64,000 bases of DNA from Spirochaetia bacterium (GTDB taxonomy: Bacteria; Spirochaetota; Spirochaetia; CAKZLE01): contig OY782041.1 of the NCBI GenBank assembly GCA_963677595.1, positions 3,648,001-3,712,000 of the forward strand. The letters are read 5' to 3'. Under the pieces are notes generated by a model. The model had not been told where the DNA came from. It searched no databases and worked only from the letters and a program-made list of their open reading frames with translations. Made by a program: the position numbers and the translations under genes. How positions within the stretch are numbered: position 1 is the stretch's first letter; each line of letters begins with the position of its first letter. Shown one piece after another: positions 29,098-40,433 of the stretch.

Positions 29098-31186
29098 GGA
29101 AACCGCAGCCCTCCTGGGGCCTGAAGGGCCGATCGCTCTCGGCAACCCAGCCTATGAATACCGTGAGGGCCAGGTCGAGATGGCACGGATGGTGGCTAAA
29201 GCCTTCACCGATGACCAGGTCTGCGTCATAGAGGCCGGGACCGGGATCGGGAAATCCTATGCCTACCTCGTCCCTGCGGTCATGTGGTGTGCTGAGATGC
29301 CTGACGAGCGGCTCGTGATCGCGACCTCGACGATACACCTCCAGCACCAGCTGCTCGAGAAAGATATACCGTACTTGAGGAAACGGCTCGATGTGCCGAT
29401 CACGGCAGCCATCCTCAAGGGGCGGAACAACTACCTCTGCAAGCGGAGGATGATGCAGCAGATCACCCAGCGGGACCTCACCGATGAGCAGGATGCCCTC
29501 ATGCTCCGGCAGATCCTCGCCTGGTCGACCCAGACGAAGGTCGGGGACCGAGCTGAGATCTCCTTCAGGTATACCCAGGGGGTCTGGAACCGTGTCTGCT
29601 CCGATGCAGACAGCTGCCTTGGCTTCCGGTGCCCGACGAAGGATACCTGCTTCGTGAACAAGGCACGCAAGGAGGCAGCGGCTTCCCAGGTCATCATCAT
29701 CAACCACCACCTGCTCTTCGCTGACATGATGCTCAAGCAGGAGGAGGAACATGCCGAGAGTTCGGTGGTCCTGCCTGCCTTCAGCCGCCTGGTCATCGAC
29801 GAAGCACATAACATCGAGAAGAACGCGACGAGCTACTTCACTGCAGCCTATGACGCACGCGGGCTGCTCAACCTCATGCACCTGCTCTCCCATACGAAAG
29901 GCGGACGGGTAGGCGGGCTCCTCGAGGACTTGCGGCCTTTCAGCGATGACCCGGTCTCGTTCAACGCGATCTACACGGTACTCAGCGAGCTCCGGCTCTC
30001 GATCGACCAGTCCGAGAACCTGCTCGAGGCCTTCATCGGGAATGAGAGCAACTCCTTCTTCGTCCAGAAGGGGAGATTCCTCGCGGCACGGGAGCTCGGT
30101 GAGTCTCTCGGGGTGCTGATGGAGAGGATGCATGTCACCCTCCGTCTGCTCAAGGAGTGCATCGAATCCTGCCGGGAGGAGCCTGAGGCAGTCTCTCCGG
30201 TGTTCGAGGCCCATTCTGTTCGGCGGAGGCTCGAGGGGATGCTCTCCCTGCTCGACCACTACCGTACCTTCGACCTCGAGGATACTCATGTCTACTGGAT
30301 GGAACGGTGGGTATCCCGTTCGGGCATCGCCCATAATACTCTCAAGACCACGCCGGTATCATTCTTCGACCTGCTGCAGGAGGGGCTCTTCACGCAGCAT
30401 GAGACCATCGTCTGCACCTCTGCGACATTGACGGTGAGGGAGAGCTTCACCTTCTTCGAGGAACGGGTAGGACTTGGGGACTCGCTCGAGCGGAACTATG
30501 TCCGCAAGTCGATCCCGTCCCCGTTCGACTACCGGAATCGGGTCCTGCTCTGCCTGCCGCAGGACGCCCCGGAGCCTTCGCAGTACCGGGAGTACCTCGC
30601 CTACAGCTGTGAGGCGATCAGGGAGCTTATCGGGATCTCCGAGGGCGGCGCACTCATCCTCTTCACCTCCTACGCGATGTTGGGTGATGTGCATGAGCGG
30701 ATCGCGGCCGACCTGGAAGCACAGGGACTGACCGTGCTCCGCCAGGGTGAGGAGAACCGGTACCAGCTCATGAAGCAGTTCGTCAGTGACGAGAAGAGCG
30801 TGCTCTTCGCGACGCAGTCCTTCTGGGAAGGGGTGGATGCCCCCGGGGACACCCTGCGCCTGCTGATCGTCTGCAAGTTGCCCTTCAGTGTCCCGACCGA
30901 ACCGATCTTCTATGCCAAGAAGCTCCTGGTGGAGTCGAACGGCGGGAACTCCTTCTTCGAGCTCTCCCTGCCCGAGGCCATCATCAAGCTCAAGCAGGGG
31001 TTCGGCCGGCTCATGCGAACGAGCTCGGACCGGGGAGTGGTCTGTATCCTTGACTCCAGGCTGACCACGAAGCGGTATGGACCCCAGGTGATCGCCTCCC
31101 TCCCGAAGACGAGGATCTGCCATGGTACGAAAGGCCGCATCATCGAGCAGGTGGAGGATTTCCTCTATGCGCACGAAAGCGGTTGA
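29087..31186 (+). CDS. DinG/YoaA family ATP-dependent DNA helicase
   Basis: EAGTGIGKS, KGRNNYLC, Fe-S cysteines, IDEAH, TSATL, FWEGVD and KQGFGRLMR. Confidence 0.93.
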   Translation: MKHEETAALLGPEGPIALGNPAYEYREGQVEMARMVAKAFTDDQVCVIEAGTGIGKSYAYLVPAVMWCAEMPDERLVIATSTIHLQHQLLEKDIPYLRKRLDVPITAAILKGRNNYLCKRRMMQQITQRDLTDEQDALMLRQILAWSTQTKVGDRAEISFRYTQGVWNRVCSDADSCLGFRCPTKDTCFVNKARKEAAASQVIIINHHLLFADMMLKQEEEHAESSVVLPAFSRLVIDEAHNIEKNATSYFTAAYDARGLLNLMHLLSHTKGGRVGGLLEDLRPFSDDPVSFNAIYTVLSELRLSIDQSENLLEAFIGNESNSFFVQKGRFLAARELGESLGVLMERMHVTLRLLKECIESCREEPEAVSPVFEAHSVRRRLEGMLSLLDHYRTFDLEDTHVYWMERWVSRSGIAHNTLKTTPVSFFDLLQEGLFTQHETIVCTSATLTVRESFTFFEERVGLGDSLERNYVRKSIPSPFDYRNRVLLCLPQDAPEPSQYREYLAYSCEAIRELIGISEGGALILFTSYAMLGDVHERIAADLEAQGLTVLRQGEENRYQLMKQFVSDEKSVLFATQSFWEGVDAPGDTLRLLIVCKLPFSVPTEPIFYAKKLLVESNGGNSFFELSLPEAIIKLKQGFGRLMRTSSDRGVVCILDSRLTTKRYGPQVIASLPKTRICHGTKGRIIEQVEDFLYAHESG

Positions 31187-31198
31187 CAGGAGGGCCCC

Positions 31199-32197
31199 AT
31201 GAGGGCTGTGGTACGAACGGCCTATGGGCCGCCGGAGGTGCTCGAGCTTGCAGAACTCGCTGACCCTGTCCCCTCGGACGGTGAGGTGCTCATCCGTATA
31301 CATGCCGCCTCGGTGACCGCGGGTGACTGTGAGATGAGACGGCTGAAGCTGCCTCTGGGCCTCTCGTTCCCCATGCGTCTCTATTCCGGCTGGAGGAAGC
31401 CGGTACGGCTTCGTATCCCGGGACAGGAACTGTCCGGGACGGTCATCGCGACCGGGAAGGATGTGAAGGCCTTCCAGGAAGGAGACCAGGTATTCGGGAC
31501 CACGGGGTTCACCTTCGGTGCCTGCAGCGAGTTCATCTGCCTGCCTGCACACCCAGGGGATGCCCAGGGCGTCCTGACGACCAAACCGGAGAACCTTACC
31601 TTCGAGGAGGCCGCCGTCCTCCCGACTGCCGGGATGGAGGTCCTCCACTATTTCCGGGAGGCTGGGACCCAGGCAGGGGACAAAGTGCTCATCATAGGGG
31701 CTGGGGGCAGCATCGGGACGCTGGCCGTCCAGTATGCGGTCCATCTCGGTGCTGACGTGACTGCGGTGGATCGTGCCGTGAAGCGGGATTTCCTGCTCGA
31801 CCTTGGCGCTGAACGGTTCATCGACCATACCGCAGCTGACCTTACCAACAAAAACGGACCCTATGATCTGGTCATCGACCTCGTCGGGCAGGGGTCGGTA
31901 CGCAGGAGGCTGGGGCTGCTCAAGTGGGAGAGGGGGATGTACTTCCTCGCCTTCGCCCATGTACGCCATATACTGCTGGGGCTGGCAGTGAGGCTCCTGT
32001 TTGGGAAGAGGCTGAGACTCGATTCCTCAAAACAGCGAAACGAAGAGCTTGAGGAGCTGCGACGATTTGCCCAACAGGGGATCCTGAAGCCCGTGGTGGA
32101 TCGCAGCTTCCCGCTCGAGGAGATCGTTGAGGCCAATCGGTACTGCGAGAGCGGGGCCAAGCGGGGGAGTGTCGCGATTACTGTTATCAAAGAATAG
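31199..32197 (+). CDS. NAD(P)-dependent medium-chain dehydrogenase/quinone oxidoreductase
   Basis: YGPPEVL, VLIIGAGGSIG and LKPVVDRSFPLEEI. Confidence 0.88.
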   Translation: MRAVVRTAYGPPEVLELAELADPVPSDGEVLIRIHAASVTAGDCEMRRLKLPLGLSFPMRLYSGWRKPVRLRIPGQELSGTVIATGKDVKAFQEGDQVFGTTGFTFGACSEFICLPAHPGDAQGVLTTKPENLTFEEAAVLPTAGMEVLHYFREAGTQAGDKVLIIGAGGSIGTLAVQYAVHLGADVTAVDRAVKRDFLLDLGAERFIDHTAADLTNKNGPYDLVIDLVGQGSVRRRLGLLKWERGMYFLAFAHVRHILLGLAVRLLFGKRLRLDSSKQRNEELEELRRFAQQGILKPVVDRSFPLEEIVEANRYCESGAKRGSVAITVIKE

Positions 32198-33203
32198 TAA
32201 GATCAGCAGCAACGTCTTCCTGAAATGATGAGCTGAAGGCTTTATCATAGACTTCATCAAGACTCTTAAGCGCCTCTGGACTCCAGTTCGCACCCCTCTC
32301 GATCTCATACAGATAGTTGTTTCTTGACCTGACCCTGTATCTGGGTATCAGGATGACTTTTTCAATTGAAGGAGCATAATTAAGATGGTAGAGGCACATT
32401 CTGAGATGGACTATGTATGCCCTCAGGATTATCGTCTCATCATCAGACTGAAAGAACGTCTCATAAGGTCTGTGCATGCGTTTTGCAGCCATGATGTCCC
32501 TGTCGAGGTAGATTCCATTCTTATTCGCATAGCTGTATAAGACCTTTAACGTTTTCAGATACTGCGGTGAGACATTCCTCTCTTTATGGTAGTCAAGGTG
32601 AGTCAAGAATTCATCGTATTCATTCACGACTACTTCACAAATCTCATTTCCTGAGGAATCAAAACCCCAGTATTCGATATCTTCCCAGGGGCCATGATCA
32701 TTATAGAATCCTTCAGCAGGTAGTTCCTTGACCCTGATGATGTCTCTTTTCACAGCAGCCTGAAATTTCCTTTTCATGGGATAGTCGGCATCGAACAATT
32801 TGTATTGGAATACCTTATCCTGTTGATAATCGGTATCGACTGGACATAAGCTTTCCAGCACCTCCTTCCAATCAGGATTGGTATGGGGCCACAAGAGAAT
32901 CAGATCAGCTTTAAAGAATGTGTATCCCTCAAACTTTTCAAACTCATGCTCATTGCAGACCAGCAGATCTATATCCTGCAGCCCCCCGAGGAAGCTTCGC
33001 TTTATGGTAGCCCCATATTTTGTGCGTCGAATTTCTTTATCTGTTGCAAGGACGAGCAGCAGATCAATATCATTGGGTTGTGGACTACCCTTGGAAAATG
33101 ATCCGAAAATGTACAGGGACTTTACCAGTGGTTGAAAACTGCATTGCATGAATCTCTTCAAGAATTTCCCATATAATTGGATTGCTTCATCTCGCTGCAT
33201 CAT
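32187..33203 (-). CDS. Pol-beta/MNT-type nucleotidyltransferase-domain protein with unknown C-terminal region
   Basis: LYIFGSFSKG-x4-NDIDLL plus a third Asp (DIDLLV); visibly AT-rich DNA; GAGGTG RBS. Confidence 0.75.
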   Translation of the reverse strand: MMQRDEAIQLYGKFLKRFMQCSFQPLVKSLYIFGSFSKGSPQPNDIDLLLVLATDKEIRRTKYGATIKRSFLGGLQDIDLLVCNEHEFEKFEGYTFFKADLILLWPHTNPDWKEVLESLCPVDTDYQQDKVFQYKLFDADYPMKRKFQAAVKRDIIRVKELPAEGFYNDHGPWEDIEYWGFDSSGNEICEVVVNEYDEFLTHLDYHKERNVSPQYLKTLKVLYSYANKNGIYLDRDIMAAKRMHRPYETFFQSDDETIILRAYIVHLRMCLYHLNYAPSIEKVILIPRYRVRSRNNYLYEIERGANWSPEALKSLDEVYDKAFSSSFQEDVAADLTIL

Positions 33204-33420
33204 ACACCTCAAAACTAAAAACAAAGAATAACACCTGCGTGCTATATGTAATATAAAACTATGGTATCACAGAGAGGGAGGTAAAAAAAGTTGCTAATAC
33301 GAGGTATGTCAAGCTAAAGAGTTCAGCTATGTGCCCTGTTGGATCGGGATGTACGTGTGTACTCAGGTGGGCAGTTGAATACCCGGAAACGTGGCTTATG
33401 GTGTGAACTAAACAGGCCAA

Positions 33421-33452
33421 ATAAAAAAGGAGCAGACCTGAAGTCCGCTCCC
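33421..33452 (-). terminator. Rho-independent terminator of groES
   Basis: GGAGCAGAC/GTCCGCTCC stem with a poly-T tail on the minus strand. Confidence 0.7.
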
Positions 33453-33475
33453 GTTCACTGAAAGACTGATGCGTG

Positions 33476-33742
33476 CTAGTCGATTACAGCGAGGATATCA
33501 GCCATGTTGACGAGCAGGTGATCGACACCGTCTACCTTGATGGCAGTCCCGGCATACTTGTCGTACATGATCTTGTCGCCGACCTTGACGGTGATGGCGT
33601 CATCATCGGTGCCGACAGCGACGACGACAGCTGTCTGAGTCTTCTCCTGAGCTGTCTGCGGGATGAAAATCCCTGATGCTGTCTTCTCTTCTACCTGTTC
33701 AGTCTTTACCAGAACTCTGTCCCCAATCGGTTTGATTGTCAT
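33476..33742 (-). CDS. groES: Co-chaperonin GroES
   Basis: IKPIGDRVLVK, EKTASGIFIP, KVGDKIMYDKYAGT and DILAVID; TTGACC-N17-TATATT promoter upstream. Confidence 0.97.
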   Translation of the reverse strand: MTIKPIGDRVLVKTEQVEEKTASGIFIPQTAQEKTQTAVVVAVGTDDDAITVKVGDKIMYDKYAGTAIKVDGVDHLLVNMADILAVID

Positions 33743-33937
33743 TATCATCGACCTCCATATTCTTATGTTATTGATTGTACGGATTATTCCTAGAAAATAT
33801 AGGCATGTTGGCCCGCAAGGTCAAGTATTTTCGATGAAAAGCGGTTGAAATCGGTCATGAACAGCCGATATACACCAGATAACAGATTGTTATACTTTTC
33901 TCTTGTCTTTGTCGGGACACCTTCGTATATTAAGCCC

Positions 33938-34465
33938 ATGAGAGAGGTTAGGGAACTGATAGAACAGGGAAAGCATGAACTCTTCGAGAACAGGTCGGAT
34001 GTGAGCGTACATACCTTCAAGGAAGCGCTCTGCTCCTGTGGAGACGATGATCCCATGTGCATGGGGGAGATCTTCTTCTTCCTCGGACTGGCCTACCGGA
34101 ACCTCGGGCATACGCAGTATGCCCTGCGCTGCTGGGAGAACGCGTCCTTCATCAGGGACAAGCAGGATGAGATCAATGACAAGGACTGGAGGGTGTTCCA
34201 CACGATCCAGACGAGTCGCTACCTCATCGGCAAGGGGACGGGCAAGTTCGACACCATCGCCGAGAGCGACATGATCCATGACCTCATCAGGATGACCTGG
34301 TATGAGATCTGCGATCTCGAGGGCTTGAGGAAGATGTCCTATTATGAACGGTGCGGCTATTACCGCTCCATCAGGATCTCCTTTCCAGAGATCACCTTGA
34401 GGAATATGGTCGAGAATACTCCCGATTCGGGTCAAATTGTCCCATTTATGAAGCCCAAACATTGA
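33938..34465 (+). CDS. Hypothetical TPR-like protein
   Basis: FFLGLAYRNLG...ALRCW TPR-like helix pair; ATG 6 nt after a TATATT -10 box. Confidence 0.7.
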   Translation: MREVRELIEQGKHELFENRSDVSVHTFKEALCSCGDDDPMCMGEIFFFLGLAYRNLGHTQYALRCWENASFIRDKQDEINDKDWRVFHTIQTSRYLIGKGTGKFDTIAESDMIHDLIRMTWYEICDLEGLRKMSYYERCGYYRSIRISFPEITLRNMVENTPDSGQIVPFMKPKH

Positions 34466-34524
34466 ACTGGGTAGATTTGACACAGTTTTCCTCAGATCTT
34501 GGCCTGCTGTGTCGTTTTGATACG
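34428..34524. promoter_or_regulatory. Three palindromic putative enhancer (UAS) sites for a sigma54 activator
   Basis: CGGGTC-N5-GTCCCA (34428), TGGGTA-N5-GACACA (34468) and TGTGTC-N5-GATACG (34508), exactly 40 bp apart. Confidence 0.55.
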
Positions 34525-34634
34525 GTTCTTCCTGCGATGTCCTGATTGGAGTCTCAAGGGAGAACTGCGGTAATTACCTTGTATATCTATACCTTGTAAA
34601 AAATAACCTAATTTTACATCTAACTCTTCGTGTT

Positions 34635-34651
34635 TTGGCATGGTTGTTGCT
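34635..34651 (+). promoter_or_regulatory. Sigma54 (-24/-12) promoter of the RpoS-like sigma factor
   Basis: TTGGCATGGTTGTTGCT, i.e. GG-N10-GC, ending about 28 nt before the ATG with an AGGAGG RBS in between. Confidence 0.85.
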
Positions 34652-34678
34652 TTGTTATACACATCAAGGAGGCAACCT

Positions 34679-35548
34679 ATGAAAAAGAGTGCTAACTACA
34701 TCGAGAATTCATACCAGGAAGATGAGAACATCCTCTCGATCTACCTGAAAGAGATAAACAGGATCCCGCTGCTCACACGTGAGGAGGAGGTCGATCTTGC
34801 AACCCGTGCTGCCGCAGGCGAGGAGTTCGCTGCCAAGAAGCTGATCGAGTCCAACCTGAGGTTCGTCGTCAATGTTGCCAAGAAATACCAGAACCAGGGA
34901 CTCCCGCTGATCGACCTGATCAACGAGGGGAACATCGGGCTCATGAACGCCATCGAGCGCTACGATGTGGAGAAGGGCTACCACTTCATATCATATGCCG
35001 TATGGTGGATCCGACAGGCGATCCTGAAGGCTGTGTATGAGAAGTCCCGGACCATCAGGCTGCCGCTGAACAGGTCGAACGAGCTGCTCCAGATCCAGAA
35101 GGCCCAGAAGGAGCTGACCGGGCTCAAGGGCGAGGAGCCAGAGCTGCACGAGATAGCCCGCATGACCCAGCTCGATGAACAGCATATAGCTGACCTCCTG
35201 AACATCTCTAGGGACATGGTCTCACTCGAGACCCCGATCTTCGCCGACAAGAACAATTCCGAGCTTGGCGACTTCATCGAGGATGAGGACTACAAGAACC
35301 CTGAGCAGGAGGCTATCGAGAGCTCACTGCGGAACGAGATCAACAAGGTCCTCGATACCCTCTCCGACAAGGAGTCTGAGATCATCCAGTACCGGTACGG
35401 TCTCAACGGGAAGAACCCCCTCTCCCTCAAGGAGATCGGGGACATCTTCAACCTTACCAAGGAGCGGATCAGGCAGATCGAGAAGAAGGCGCTCGAGAGA
35501 CTGAGACATCCTTCCCGGAGTAAATACCTTGAGGCGTATACCGCCTAG
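34679..35548 (+). CDS. Sigma70-family group-2 sigma factor (RpoS-like; lacks region 1.1)
   Basis: YLKEINRIPLL, SNLRFVVNVAKKY, DLINEGNIGL, FISYAVWWIRQ and LTKERIRQIE; only 289 aa. Confidence 0.92.
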   Translation: MKKSANYIENSYQEDENILSIYLKEINRIPLLTREEEVDLATRAAAGEEFAAKKLIESNLRFVVNVAKKYQNQGLPLIDLINEGNIGLMNAIERYDVEKGYHFISYAVWWIRQAILKAVYEKSRTIRLPLNRSNELLQIQKAQKELTGLKGEEPELHEIARMTQLDEQHIADLLNISRDMVSLETPIFADKNNSELGDFIEDEDYKNPEQEAIESSLRNEINKVLDTLSDKESEIIQYRYGLNGKNPLSLKEIGDIFNLTKERIRQIEKKALERLRHPSRSKYLEAYTA

Positions 35549-35689
35549 GAACAATAGAAACCCTGTAGTTGTGTGTTAAAGCTGCAATAGAGTCCGTGTT
35601 CTGTTTCTTGACAGACCGGACTCTTTTAACATACATTTGAACGTAGCAATGTGGTTAAAATATTCAATGAAATTGGAGGTTGTGATTTC

Positions 35690-38383
<2,694 letters not shown>

Positions 38384-38410
38384 TAGACCTGACACCATGT
38401 ATTGTTAATC

Positions 38411-38442
38411 TGCAGGGACTGGAAGTGATTCCAGTCCCTGCT
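38411..38442 (+). terminator. Terminator after ppdK
   Basis: GCAGGGACTGGAA-GTGA-TTCCAGTCCCTGC perfect hairpin. Confidence 0.85.
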
Positions 38443-38505
38443 TAGTATCTCCTACCTTCAGGCTCCAGGGCTATACTTACCATCACATACACAAAGGAAA
38501 CAGCT

Positions 38506-38724
38506 ATGTAAGGTACATACCGACCGCTCCTGACTGCCGTATCCATGTCGCCCTTCATGAGCATCACGATATCGATCGTATTCATCCTCATCATAACTGG
38601 CTATGATGACGGCTTCTTCGGGAGGCTCCTCTTCTCGATCGGCGTCAGTTTCTTCATTGCCCTGCCGACCTCACTGGTATTCGGACCGATATCTGAGAAG
38701 ATCGTTTCCAGGCTGGTCACATAG
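38506..38724 (+). pseudogene. DUF2798-like small membrane protein with a nonsense codon at position 2 (or a 59-aa form starting at 38545)
   Basis: AAAGGA RBS, ATG-TAA, then an open frame ...MSITISIVFILIITGYDDGFFGRLLFSIGVSFFIALPTSLVFGPISEKIVSRLVT*. Confidence 0.55.
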
Positions 38725-38857
38725 GGACAAACTGGACCCGTTACATTCCCGTAAAACTTTTGGATCTGTTTCTCATTTTACCCTTTCCATTTTAGAAGAA
38801 TTCCCATATAGTATGCAAAAACTTGTATAAATATACATAAAATATGAGGGGAGTGAG

Positions 38858-39874
38858 ATGAGAAGAATCGTGATCCTGGGAATCAATCTCGTACTGATGC
38901 TGGCTGTATCATCAGTCGTATTTGCCGGGGGGCAGACGGAAACTGCTGTGAATGACAAGCCCGTGACCTTGAAGCTGGCTGTGGAAAGTGCTGTGGGGAC
39001 ACCTGGTGACCTTTCGGCGAATGATTTCAAGCGTATCGTGGAAGAGAAGTCTAACGGGATGATCAAGATCGAGTACTATCCTGCGGGACAGCTGGGTACG
39101 GGTGATGACCTGACAGAAGCCATGCAGACCGGTACGGTCGATATGAGCTGGAGGGTGCTGGACTGGTACTCCAAGTTCGAGAACGGCTGGAACATCCTGC
39201 TGCTCGGGTTCACCTTCGTCAACCAGGAACACCTCGAAACGTTCCTTGCCAGTGACAAGCATGCCGAGTTCAAGGATGAGCTCATACAGAAAGCCGGGAT
39301 CAGGATCATTTCTGACAATGGCATCGGATCTCCAAGGGTCTTGATCTCAAAGACACCGGTGACCTCCCCTGAGGACATGAAGGGCATGAATATGCGGGTC
39401 CCCGGGATCGCCATGTACCAGAAGACCTGGAGCGCAGTCGGCGTCAACATCGTCTCCGTCCCCTGGGGAGAGGCCTACATGGCCTTGAAGCAGGGAGTTG
39501 CTGATGCCCTCGAGTCACCGCTCGGGTCGATCTACGGCATGAAGTTCTTTGAGGCTGCGAAGAACATCACCCTCACCAACCACCTCTTCAGCCCCTATGT
39601 CATGGCACTGAACGAGAACTCCTTCCAGAGACTCTCTCCTGAACTGCAGCAGATCCTCATCGATTCAGCTCAGGAAGCCGGGGAACTCTTCGTCAGCTAT
39701 GACCAGGAGTCTGTCAACAGCAGGAAGCAGGAGATGATCGACAGCGGTGTCCAGTTCATCGAGGAGTTCGACATCAATGCCTTCCAGGCCAAGGTCTCCT
39801 CAAGTGCTGCAAGCTTGGAGCAGGACGGCATGTGGCCAGAAGGCCTGTATGATTATATCCAGGGCCTGAAGTAG
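38858..39874 (+). CDS. dctP: TRAP transporter substrate-binding protein
   Basis: Signal peptide, YPAGQLG, DMKGMNMRVP and WGEAYMALKQGVADALE. Confidence 0.92.
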   Translation: MRRIVILGINLVLMLAVSSVVFAGGQTETAVNDKPVTLKLAVESAVGTPGDLSANDFKRIVEEKSNGMIKIEYYPAGQLGTGDDLTEAMQTGTVDMSWRVLDWYSKFENGWNILLLGFTFVNQEHLETFLASDKHAEFKDELIQKAGIRIISDNGIGSPRVLISKTPVTSPEDMKGMNMRVPGIAMYQKTWSAVGVNIVSVPWGEAYMALKQGVADALESPLGSIYGMKFFEAAKNITLTNHLFSPYVMALNENSFQRLSPELQQILIDSAQEAGELFVSYDQESVNSRKQEMIDSGVQFIEEFDINAFQAKVSSSAASLEQDGMWPEGLYDYIQGLK

Positions 39875-39941
39875 GGAAGGGTCTGCGGCAGCGTCGATAC
39901 TACGGCTGCCGCAGCCATTTGAAAAGTTACTGGGAGGCAAG

Positions 39942-40433
39942 GTGAAAGATATCTATCAGAGTGCGCATACGATCATCACACGGCTGTTCATGGCTGTGGT
40001 ATACATAGCCTGTATCGTGATCCCGTTATCGCTGTTCGTCCAGGTAATCTTCAGGTACTTCCTGAACAACCCGCTCCAGGGTATCGAGGAACTGGCAACC
40101 TTCTGCTTCAAGTGCCTTGTTATCTTCGGCAGTGCCGTCCTCTTCAGGGAGAAGAAGCACATCATCGTGGATGTGTTCTTCCAGAAATTCGATGCACGGG
40201 GACAGCGAGTCCTGACGTTCGGGAACAACCTTATCATGGCCGCCGTCATCGTGATCCTGATCTACAGCAGCATCAAGGCTGTGCCGATCCAGAAGTTCTA
40301 TGCTTCTGTGGCTCTGGGCATCCCGAGATCTCTCTATACCATCCTGTTCATCATCAGCCTCTCCTACATGTTCATCTGTACCGTTGAGACGATGGTCCAG
40401 GTTGTCAGAATGGGTAGAGCCCATGAAGCATGA
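39942..40433 (+). CDS. dctQ: TRAP transporter small permease
   Basis: QVIFRY, EELA and HIIVD; four TM segments. Confidence 0.88.
   Translation: MKDIYQSAHTIITRLFMAVVYIACIVIPLSLFVQVIFRYFLNNPLQGIEELATFCFKCLVIFGSAVLFREKKHIIVDVFFQKFDARGQRVLTFGNNLIMAAVIVILIYSSIKAVPIQKFYASVALGIPRSLYTILFIISLSYMFICTVETMVQVVRMGRAHEA

Noticed and set aside
29087-31186. DinG as part of a type IV CRISPR or defence system
   Set aside because: No cas genes or repeat-spacer array; it sits at the end of a housekeeping operon.
33476-33840. groES without groEL as a novelty; CIRCE element
   Set aside because: Separated groES and groEL is known in spirochaetes, and no TTAGCACTC-N9-GAGTGCTAA is visible upstream.
34640-34678. 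Upstream start for the sigma factor
   Set aside because: It lies within the sigma54 promoter; the AGGAGG RBS supports 34679.
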